A stretch of DNA of 64,000 bases. Source: Mobula hypostoma. Lineage: Eukaryota. The stretch is taken from assembly GCF_963921235.1 (NCBI RefSeq), contig NC_086107.1, positions 98,458,001-98,522,000 on the forward strand, given 5' to 3'. Below are positions 13,101 through 25,100 of this stretch, piece by piece. Numbering within the stretch: the stretch's first letter is position 1; every line of letters begins with the position of its first letter. The translations under genes and the position numbers were made by a program. The notes under the pieces were generated by a model. It was not told the DNA's origin and did no database searches. It saw only the letters and a list, made by a program, of their open reading frames with translations.

Positions 13101-16100
13101 ATTGTTTTGCACTGCTGTAACTATATGTTATAATTATGTGGTTCTGTCAGTGTTAGTCTTTGGTCTAACCTGTTTTCTGTGATATCACTCTGGAGAAACA
13201 TTGTATCATTTCTTAATGCATGTATGCATTTCTAAATGACAATAAAAGAGGACTGAGTGTTCTCATAACCTAATCTAATCTAAGATTGGGGTGTAGTGGA
13301 CAACGAGGAAGGCTATGAAAGCCTGTAGCAATATCTGGCCCATTTGAAAAAAAAATGGCTAAAAAATGGCAGATGGAATTTAATGCAGACAAATGTAAGG
13401 TGTTGCATTTTGGGAGGACAAACCAGGGTAGGACTTACACAGTGAATGGAAGGGCATTGAGGTGTGTGTTAGAACAAAGGGATTTTGGAATTAATTCATT
13501 CATTACGTGCCATGTCATATGACGTGGGCAGTCATGGTCTTGACCATGACTGTTCTTGGCAAATTTTTCCGCAGAAGTGGTTTGCATTGCCTTCTTCCGG
13601 ACAGTGTCTTTACACGATGGGTGACCCCAGTCATTATCAATACTCTTCAGAGATTGTCCGCCTTGCATCAGCGGTCGCATAACCAGGACTTGTGATATGC
13701 ACCGGCTGCTCATACGACCATCCACCATCTGTTCCGATGGCTTCATATGACCCCGATCGGGGGCTAAGCAAGTGCTACACCTTGCCCAAGAGTGACCTGC
13801 AGGCTAGCGGAGGGAAGGAGCGCTTTACACTTCCTTTGGTAGAGACATATCTCCACTCCGCCACCCAGATTTGGAAATACAGATCCATAATTTCTTCAAA
13901 GTACCAGCTCTCATAAAGAGAGCTTTTGGCACATAGGCCTTCATAAATCAGAGCACTGACTACAAGGGCTAGCATGTTATGTGGAAGACATTGGTGAGGC
14001 CAAATTTGGAGTATTTGCTACAGTTTTAGTCACCTACCTACAGGAAAGATATCAATAAGATTGAAAGAGTACAACAGGACATTGCCGGGACTTGAGGATC
14101 TGAATTATAGCGAAGGGTTGAATGGTTTAGGAATTTATTCCCTAGAGAAAAAGGGTGAATGGCAGGGGTATGGTCCAGGTGTGGAGAGGTGGGGTGAGGC
14201 AGGAAAACAGGTTGGCACAAACTAGATGGGCAGAAGGGCCTGTTCCTGTGCTACAGTACCCTATGACTACCTAGTCTCTCTTTATAATTCAAGCCCTCCA
14301 ATCCCTCCAATCCCATCAATATTCGTGTGAAACATTTCCACACCCTCTCCAGCTTAATCATATCTTCCCTATGGTAGGATGGCAATCACTCAAGTCATGT
14401 ATGATGTTCTCCAAAAGGGTTGTCTATTGATGGGTCCTCCGGTGGCTGCAGAGGCCGAGCTGGGATCTGCGTAACTCGGTGCTAGGGTGCATTCCCTTAA
14501 TGCCCGAACGTGACTTTGTTTAACATTGGGAGGCTGATGCGCGGTCAGCCACCACACCATCCTTGACAAGTTGAGGTCAGAGTCCAAGACGTGGGGACCC
14601 TTCACTGCTGCAGCCGCCTTCTGCTTTTATTTCCGAAGTGATGTGGCATCACCTTTTGCCAGCTCTACCATTGATGATGAAGAAGAAGAAGAAGAAGAAG
14701 AAAGCCCTTAACTCCGAGTGGAGTCATCGGGACGTCATCATGACGGCGTTTTTTTAGCAGGCTTTCTTATTTTTACGAGGCCGAGTTGCTAGCTCAACGC
14801 TCAACCCAGCATGGATGGAAAGCGTGCAAGGGAGCCGGCTGGATTCGAACTTGGCAGCCTTCACTCCGAAGTCGGGCTCTGATGCCGCTACGCCACCAGC
14901 CGTCAAGCTCTACCATTGAGGTCTTGGTTAAATCACTCTTAGTCTCGAGCCTCCCTTTGAACTTACAGGATCTCAGGAACTCACAACCCTCTCTACCATG
15001 ATTAGGTGAAAATCCTCGGAGAAGAACAAGGATCGATCTACAGTATGACAACCAGAATTGAGTACAATGTTCTAGTATGATTTCACCAACTTTTTGTAAA
15101 GTTGTAACATGAAGCCTCAATTTTTATACTCAGTGTTCATCACAACAAAGACAAGTCTGTCATATACCTTCACCATCTAGTCTACTTTTGCCACCACTTT
15201 CAGGAACTATGTACTTGCACATCAAGGTACCTGCGTTCTATAACATTCCCCAGGGGCACGGTGTACATCCTGCCCTGGTTTAACATCCCAAAATACATCA
15301 CTTTGCACATGTCTGAGTTAAATTCCACCTGTCATTTGTTTGCCCAGATTCCCAGTTGATCCAGATCCTGTTATAACTTGAGACACTGTTCTTCACTGTT
15401 CCCACACGAACAATGTTGGTGTCATCTGCAAACCTGTTAACCATGCCTTGTACATTCTCATCAAAGTTGTTGATATGGATGACAAGCAACAATGGGCCCA
15501 GCACCAGCCCCTGAGGCACACCACTAGTCATGCCATCTGTGTTCTCAATCAAATCCATAATATACACGACAAACAACAGTGGGCCAGCCTCAATCCCTGC
15601 GGCACACCTCTGGCTGTGGATCACCAATCTGGAAAAATAACTTCTTGTTACCACCTCTGACTACTTCCACCAAGCTAATTTTTTACTCAGTTGGCTAGCT
15701 CACCCTGAGTTCCATGTGATCTTGCCTTCCGGACCAGCCTACTATATTTCACCTTGTCAAAAGCTTTGCTAAAGTCTATGTAGACAATGCTTTTCATCCT
15801 GCCTTCATCAATCTTCTTGATCTCCTCTTCAAAGTTCTCAATGAGGTTCATGAGACACAACTTCCCTCACAGAATATCATTTTGACTATGCTTAATCTAG
15901 CTGTCTTGATTAATTAATTAATCTGTCTCTCAGTACCCTCTTCAGTGACTTTCCCACCACTAATGTTAGGCTCATTGGTCTGGAGTTCCCTGGCTTGTTC
16001 TTGCTCCTTCTTAAATAAAGGCACATGAACCACCTTACAATATTCCAGTACCCCACCCTTGGCCAATAATGATGTAAGTACTTCTGCCAAGGCCCCAGCA

Positions 16101-19100
16101 ATTTCTTCTCTTAGTTCCCACAATGTAGTGGAATACACTTGGTCAGGCCCAGGGGATTTATCCACCTTTTCGCATCTCAAGACCATCTACACTTCCCCTT
16201 TCATAATATAGATTCCAGTAGCCTTAGCTGACATATTCTGTCTCCATTTTCCCAATTAGGGCTTCAGTATCGCTCATCAACCAGGGTTCCTTAAGCCTCA
16301 ACCTTGCCCTTCACTTTAAAAGGAATACGAGATGATTTCACTGTTGTCTGAGCCTTCTGCTTCAAGGGTATAGTTGCTCACCTTTGTGAGGATTTACATC
16401 CATTGCATATCTGCTTTCCCTGCAGCCTCTTCTATATTTAATCTGAAAGCACAGGTATCATTTATCATACATACACAGGTAACGTGCATCTCTACATCCC
16501 CACTAACCAGTCACCCCCTTCATGGTCTCTAAATTGATGGTATTGGATGAACAGAGTTTTTCTCTAAGCATCAGGAAGACACAAAGCCATTGTCTCTGCC
16601 CTCAGTTACTGAATCCATCCTGCTTCAGACGCCCATCCAAAATGGAACGAGACTGATTACAGCCTCCATGTAATTATTTTGCCTGAGGTCATCACATCTG
16701 TACCACCTCCAAGACTCCCAAATGTGTAACGTTGTCCAGCTCCACCAGCTCTTCTCCCCTGACACTGAAGCCCTTGCCCTTATTCTGTCTGGTTTAATTA
16801 TGTCTTTGCACCTTTGACCAAACAGCTTCATTTGCCCTCCATAAACATGCAGTCAAAGTCCTATTCAAAAATTGTTTGCCAATCTACATCTGCCTGCCAG
16901 TTAATCATGCCTCCATTTTAAGATGTGCAGGCTTGTTTTCATTTCCCCTCCTATCCCTGCTAATTCCAGTAGCCTGTCTGCCCATCTCCAAATTTCATTC
17001 CTCTACCATTGGCAGCTGCGCCAACAACCTCCACAGCCCTAAGCTTTAGCATTTATTTTCTTAAGCGTCACATCCTTCTTCAAAGTGCTCATGAGAAACT
17101 ACATCTTTGACCAAGCTTTTGGTCATCTGCCATGATACAACTGCATGTCTAAATTTGTTTGATAGCAGTTCTGTGAAAGGCTTTAGGGTGTTTTAGCACA
17201 CAAAAGTCATTGAATGCATAAATAATTGATGTCCTGTCATCAGCCATTCCTGCACATAAATGCTTTCAGGGTATATTTTTCTCCTAAGCCTGTCTGTAGA
17301 CTGCCCAAGCCTGCCACAAGTATGGCATCTGATAATGCGTTAGGTATGTAATTCTGAAAGTACTTGAAGCATTTAGCAGATTGGAGACACGAAACTTTAA
17401 CTGTTTCCTTTTCTCAGATGCTGCCTGACCTGCTGAGTGTTCCTAGCATTTTGTTTTTATTTCGGGTTTTCTGCATCTGCATTTTTTCCCACAGGTGTAC
17501 AGTATATCAACCTGCCCCACAATCCCTTCAGGCTGGTGGAGATAGGATAGGAAAGTGGTGATGTGCTGCATCAGAAAGGATAAATAATAGCTGGATGATC
17601 CATCCCCTTGCTTGTGGCTGGTGGATTCAAAGGAACCTTTTGCTGATTCTAAACACAAGGGATTCTGCAGATCTTGAGCAACACACACAAAATGCTGGAG
17701 GAACTCAGCAAGTCGGGCAGCATCTATGGAGGGGAGTAAACAGTTGATGTTTTGAACCAGGACCCTTCATCGGGACTGCTTGGGCTGGTTCGTTGCTTGT
17801 GGGAGGAATGTGCTGCCAGATCTCAGTATTACTGTTGTGCTTCTCACTGTTGCCCTCATTTCCCCCAGGAGTTTTCCAGCACTCTCAGTCAAGCTGTGTA
17901 CACCAGTTTCTGCTGCAGTTTCCCCCAGTCCTGGATTCAGTTCCACAACAATGATTTCAAAGCTAAAGTGTGCGACATTGTCTACCGTTGGTTTGGAGGT
18001 AAAGGACTCTGAGTAATACAATACGAATGGATCTGCACAAGGTTTGATACAGACAGAGAGTAAGATGGGGTCCAGGATGGGTGGGGAGGGGAGTTGGATT
18101 TGGTGCTGATGGTATGGACTTGTGGGAAGGTGGGATTGTGGTAAACAGGGGGTTCCGGCTGTGTATGGACAGCACAGTGTAGAGAGAAGGGTGGTAGAAA
18201 TCTTCAGGTAGTTGGTGGAGTATGGATTTCAGTCAAGAGTAGACAAGAGATTGTAGCACTGTGAACCATTAGCCATTATATGATAGCTGGAGTGACTGTT
18301 TTATGATACAGTACGTGTGCACAGATAATAGTCAACGGGGTAGTTCACTGATTTGCAGAAGAATAGGTGGCCTGTGTACAGTCGAACTACTGATGAATTG
18401 GAAGTGGAGAAGAGCGAAAGATCAGTGATAGATGGTCGCAAGAAGGAGGTGTGACCATTATAATTTTGTAAATAAAGTTTTGTAACTAAAATTTTGTAAA
18501 TAACTGACCCCAGTCAGTTTGGATTGGCAACAACATCTCCTCTACAATCTCCATCAGCACAGGTACACCACAAGGTTGCATGCATAGTCTCCCTGCTCCG
18601 CTTGCTTTACATTTACGATTGTGTGGCTAAACACTGTTCCAATGCCGTATTTAAGTTTGCTGACAACACCTCTATCGTTGGCCAAATCAAAGGTGGTCAC
18701 AAATCAGCATATAGGAGGGAGACTGAAAATCTAGTTGAGTGGTGCCACAACAACAACCTGTCCCTCAATGTCAGTGAGATGAAGGAGCTGATTATTGACT
18801 TCAGGAGGAGGAAACTGGGGGTCTGTGAGTCAGTCCTCATCGGGGGATCAGAGGTGGAGAGGGTCAGCAATGTTAAATTTCTCTGTGTTGAAAGAGGACC
18901 TGTCCTGGCACATAAATGCAAATACAAAGAAAACACGGCAGCACCTCTACTTCCATAGAAGTTTGCGAAGATTTAGCATGATATCTAATACTTTAACAAA
19001 CTTCTATAGCTGTGTGGTGAAAAGTGTATTGACTGTTTGATTCACAGCCTGATATGGAAACGAGATATTAAAAACAGGAGTGAATACAGCCCAGGCCATC

Positions 19101-22100
19101 ACGGGTATAACACTCCCCCACCATTGAGCACATCTACATGAAACGCTGTCACAGGAAAGTAGCATCCATCACTAGGACCTCCCACCACCCAGGACATGCT
19201 GTCTCTTCACTGCTGCCGGCAGGAACAAAGTACCGGGGGGGCGGGGGGGCGGGGGGGGGGAGGGCTCAGCACACATACTACCAGGCACAGGAACAATTAT
19301 CACCCCACAACCATCAGGCTGTTGAACCAGTGGGGCTAACTTCACTTGCCCTATCACTGAACCGTTCCCACGTCCTATGGACTCACTTTCATCTCGTGCT
19401 GAATATTTATTGCTTTTTTTCCTTCTTTCATATATGCAGTTTGTTGTCTTTCCTTGATTCTGTTATGGTTCTTAGATTTACTGAGTATGCCCACAAGAAA
19501 TTGAATATCAAGGTTGTACGTGGTGACATATATGTACCTCGGTAATCAATTCATTTTGAACTTTAAAACAAGTGTATGAGACTTGAGCTTACAGGAATGT
19601 TGTTCCTGTAGTGTGTAATATCTTTCATGCTGTGATAGACAAGCCAGCAACAGAGAATTCTTTTTTCAAACTGCACTTTTTGTTCTCAGTTCATTTCTCT
19701 CTAAGCACTCCTTCCCAACTCAGATATCTCCCTCCTCATCTAAGAGAGTGAGGCAAAAAGCAATAGAAGCAATAGCAGAACATTTAAGCTTTTAAGCCAG
19801 CTCTGCCATTTATTGAAACCACAGCTAAACTTATATCTCAGTGTCACCTTCCTGCACAATCACTATACAGCATTCCTTAATATCTAGAAATCTACTAATC
19901 CCTGTTCTGGATGAACTCCATGAATGAGCATCCAGAGCCTTTGGGTTAGAGAATGCTAAAGATTCGCCAGTGAAGATATTTCTCCACGTCTCAGACTTAC
20001 TAAACTTGCTCCCTTACTCAGAGACTGTGTCCTCTGGTCCAAGACTCCTAAACCAGTGGAAATCTCCTCCTGAACCTAGCCTTTCAAGATATGTAAAATA
20101 ATTTGTGGGTTTGAATGAGATCACTTCTCAGTTTTTCTAAACTTTAAAAAGTTAAGGATAAGTCAGTCTCATCTCTCTTCCTGTCGTAATAGGAACCTGT
20201 GTTGTGCTTCCTCTGGTCAGTAGGTTCATTTTTACTTAAATAAATGAAAACTGCGCAAGATGCCAATACCCCACATATTTACACTAAGATATCTTTGCTC
20301 CTGTTTTTAAGTCCTAGCCTAACAAAGACCAATGTATGATTTACTGCATTAATTGCTTGCTGTGTCGGCAGAGTAGAGTTTATAAGGACACCCAACACTC
20401 TTTAACATCAATACTCCCTGATCTCTCACAATTTAACACAAACGCTGCTTTTCTGTGTTTTTTTCCACATTATATTCCATTTGCCATGAATTCATTCACT
20501 CAGCCTCTCTGTATTTCAGTGAAGGCTCTTTATATCTGTCTTCTTCCTCACAACATCACCAGCAAACTCAGAAAAGTAGAATCTTGTCCTCTTGGCAAAA
20601 AGGTTCGGTTGCAAATACCAAATACCAATTCCTATGGTACCCCGCAGGTCACAGTTCATCTCCTGACTCCCCTTTCTGTCAGATAACCAATCCTCAGTCC
20701 AGTATATTACCTCCTAATGCACTCTGATGTGCTGTAATCTTGCCGACTAACCTCCTGCGTAGGAAATCATCAAAAGGCTTCAGGGATAAGATGGATAAAC
20801 ATGGTCACTTTCCCAGGATAGCAGAATCTAAAACTAGAGAGTGCAAGGTTAAGTTGATTGAGGAAAGGTTTAAAGGGAAAAGTTTTCGTACAGCGAGTGG
20901 TGATTACGTGGAAGGAGCTGTCAAGGGAACTGGTAGAGGTGGGTACAATTACAATATTTAAAAGACGTTTTAACAAATTCATGGATTGGAAAGTTTTAGA
21001 GGTCTACAGGCCAAATGCAGGCAAATGGAACCAGCTCAGGAAGGCACGTTGGTCATCATGGACAAGGTGAGCTGAAGATCCTTTTTTACATGATGAATAA
21101 CCCTTTGATAGCTCCAGTACAGACCTAATGGGCTGAATGGCCTCCTTCAATTCTATGAATTTCACAGATAGCATCAGAATGACTGACAATGCTGCTTCAA
21201 CAGTAACTCCTCGGCCTGGGTTTCCCATCCTCAACTGCACTCCTCCAATCTGTTAGAGGCTCGTGAACTCCTTACCAGAAAACTAAATAATTCTTTGTTT
21301 TGTTGCTATACCCTATGCCCAATGTCCAGGATTGGGGATGACACAAAATTAGGAGGTGTCGTTGATAGTGAAACTGGTTATTGTAGATTACAAGGAGATC
21401 TTGATCAGATAGGGAAGTGGGGATAATGAGGAATGGCAAATCAATTTCAAAACAGATAAGTATGAAGTGATGCATTTTGGAAAGTCAAACCAGCATAAGA
21501 CTTACTATGAATAGCAGGACACTACAAACTGTAATGGAACTGAGGGACCTCAGAGCAGAAGGGCTCCCACCCCTGCATGCAGACTATCAACACACAAACA
21601 TATATATCTGACCCAGTGTGGGGATTAGAATTACAGTAAAATGATTGGCCACCTGGAAATCTTGCTTGTTGTAGATGGAGCGAAGGTACTTGACAAAGTT
21701 GTCCCTAATTTATGTTGCCTCTCACCAGTGTAGAAGAGGCCACATCAGGAGTACCCCCAAAACACTCGCAGGTAAAGTGTTATCTCACCTGGAAGGACTG
21801 TTTGAGTCCCTGGATGGAGGTGAGGGAAGAGGTGAATGGCAGGTGTTGTACTTCTTCCACTTACAGGGGTAAGTGCCAGGAGAGAGATTAGTGGGGGACG
21901 ACAGATGGACAAGGGAATCACAGAGAGTGCAGTCCCTGTGGAAAGCAGAGGGTGGGAGTGGAGGTAAAGATGTGTTTGGTGGTAGGGGTCCCATTGAAGG
22001 TTGTATGTGTTACACTGGATTTCCAGCATCTGCATACTCTCTTGTGTTCGTACCATGCTAGATCTCGTTCCTTCTTTCCAGGCATTCGTCCAGCTCCAAA

Positions 22101-25100
22101 AATATTTAAGAACTGGAACTGTGATGCTTTACTGTCGCAGGAAGTTAAAGACGCAATGTCACGCACAGCGCACGATGGAGAGCAAAATAAGAAAGGTAAT
22201 TGGCAGGGGAAGAGACCTTACTGTGGGGAGAGAGAGGGGGTTCTGGTTGGGAGGGGGAGAGGATGTTGGGAAGATAGTGGGGTGGAGTTAAAAGGGGAGG
22301 TGGAAAGAAATGTAGGGCTGTTGAGAAAAGTTGGTGCAGGGGATGGGCAGGATTAATACAGGGGAGAGAATTAATGGAAGAGGGTTGGAGATTGATGGGG
22401 TGAAGGAAAGAGGATTGATAGGAGAAGGAACAAGAGGGAGGGGGTCCATAGTGAATGGAATGGTGACATGGTGCATAGTAGGTGTAAACTGGACAGGAAG
22501 GTTTGAATGATTGAAACGAGGAAGGAAAGGACAGGAAGAGAAGGGTAAGAGGGGTGAGTTAGGTGGAGGGAGGGAGAGTGTTAAGGAAAGGGAAGAAGTT
22601 GAAGAGGGAGTGAATGATGGGGACGGAAATTGGCAGAGGGACGTTGGGGAGTAGGTAATAGTGATGGGTGGAGAGGGGGTAAATGGAACAGGAGGGGTGG
22701 AGAAATGGGAAAGGTTAGCAGCGATCGGAGGGATAGATGGGAGGAGAAAATATGGGATATGTAAATTACATTGTCTTCATCAATATATGTAACAGCGCCT
22801 TAAATAAGGCCGGCGAGGTTATTCAGAGGATCTCTCACCAACAGATTCCTTGTTGATATCCCCGATGAATCCCTACCTTTCCAAATGCAGACTAATCCTA
22901 CCCTTCACAACTTTATCAACAAATTTCCATGCCACTAATATTCTACTGTATCATAATATTACTCAGCTTATCACTTTTGTCCTTGAATAAAGGTAGCACA
23001 TTTGTTGTCTTCCAGTCATCTAGCACCTCATCTGTGACCAACAAAGATTTAACTATCTCTGTCAAGGCCCCAGTAACCTCCTCTCTTCCTGCTTTTGCAG
23101 TTGGGGATGCATCTTTTCAGACCCCAAGGATTCAGCTACCTTGATGCCTATAAAGACTTTAAATGCCTCCTTTTTAATTTCAACATGATTAATTGCATGC
23201 TTAATGTATTGTACAGAAGGAATAGGGAATTACCTCCACTGTTAAATAAAACTTGCAATACTCAAAAACTGGAAATACTCAGCAGGTTTGGCTGCATAGA
23301 AAGAGAACCAGACTCATGCAGATCATAAGGTGCGAGCAGAATTTGAGCATATAGGTCTGGCATGGCTAACACGAGCAGCATAGTTTTAAAATACTTGGAA
23401 GCAGGTACAGGGGAATGTCAGAGGTACGTTTTTCACACAGAGTGGTGGGTGCATGGAATGCACTGTCAGTGATAGTGGTAGAGGGTCTTTTATGAGACTC
23501 TTAGATAGGTACATAAAGGCATCTGTTAATCTTGTGAGACCATGGATCTGCACCTGGAAAGTCTTCACTCTCCAGGGCACAGGCCTGGGCAAGGTTGTAT
23601 GGAAGACCGGCAGTTGCCCATGCTGCAAGTCTCCCCTCTCCACGACACCGATGTTGTCCAAGGGAAGAGCAAGGGCCGATACAGTGTCGTCGCAGAGCAA
23701 TGTGTGGTTAAGTGCCTTGCTCAAGGACACAACACACTGCCTCAGCTGGGGATTGAACTCACAACCTTCAGATCACTAGTCCAATGCCTTCACCACTTGG
23801 CCATGTGCCCACACAGATAGGTACATGGAGCTTCGAAAAATAGAGGGCAATGCGGTAGGAAAATTCTAGGCAGTTTCTGGAGTAGGTTACATGGTCAGCA
23901 CAACATTGTGGGCCAAAGGGCCTGTATTGTGCTGTATATTTGAATGTTGTATGTTCATACAGCACATCAAGTCAGCTCTGGTTTTTTTCGACTGGATTCT
24001 CCCTCCTTCTCTCCATTACCCTTAACTCCCTTACCAATGAAGAATCTGCTCATCTCTGCCTTAAATACACCCAGTTGGCCTCCATAGTCCCCTTGGCAAC
24101 ACATTCCACAGTTTCACTACTCTCTTAGCTTTTGGAATCCCTCATTTCAGTTTTAAAGGGTCGTCCCTTTATTCTGAGACTGTGCCCTTAGATCCAAGAC
24201 GCTCCTGGTAATGGAGACATCTTCTCCACATCCATTCTATCCAGGCCTTTCAGTGTCCAGCAGGTTTCAGTGAGAGTCAGCCCCGTCCTTCTGAACTCCA
24301 TCAACTATAGGCTTGGAAGTATCAAACTCTCCTCTTATCAAGCCTTTCATTCCTGTGAACTTCCCCTCGTTCCTCTCCAGAACCAGCATATTCTTCCTTA
24401 GTTGCTCACAATATCCCAAATGAGCTCATTCCAACGTCTTTTAAAGCCTCAGCGGTGCATCATGGTTTTTACCTTCTTATTCCTCTTGAAATGAATGCTA
24501 ATGTTGCATTTACGTTCTTTACTACCGACTCAACATGTAAGCTAATCTTGAGGAAATCCCAGACTAGGACTCTCAAGTCCCTTTGCACCACTGATTTCTG
24601 AATTCGCTCCCCATTTAGAAAATAGTCTACTTTTGTATACTTCCTACAAAAGTGCATCACGCCATACTTCCCCGGACTGTATTCCATCTTCCACTTCATT
24701 GCCCACTCGCCTAACCTGTCCAAGTCCTCCTGCAGACGTCCTACCAGTATCTTGTATGGTTTGCAGACACAGCCACATTACCATCAGTTCCATGATCCAG
24801 ATCATTAATGTATAAAGTTAAATGTTGTGGTCCCAAAACTGACCCATACAGAATCCCACTAGTCACTGCACAAAATACTGTGCAGATGCTGGGGTCAAAG
24901 CAACACTCACAACACGCTGGAGGAACTCAGCAGGTCGGACTTTATCCGTGGAAACGATCAGTCAACGTTTCAGGCCAGAACCCTTCGTCAGGACTGAAGA
25001 GGGAAGGGGCAGAGGCCCTATAAAGAAGGTGGGGGAGGGTGGGAAGGAGAAGGCTGGTAGGTTCCAGGTGAAAAACCAGTAAGGGGAAAGATAAAGGGGT

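Larger units (their letters stand above)
12290..14270 (+). mobile_element. Degraded CR1 reverse transcriptase (RT) and 3' region with two nested insertions
   Basis: YMDFSKAFDKV, GVSQGSVL, FTDDT|KI, WQMEFNADKCKVLHFG motifs. Confidence 0.82.
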
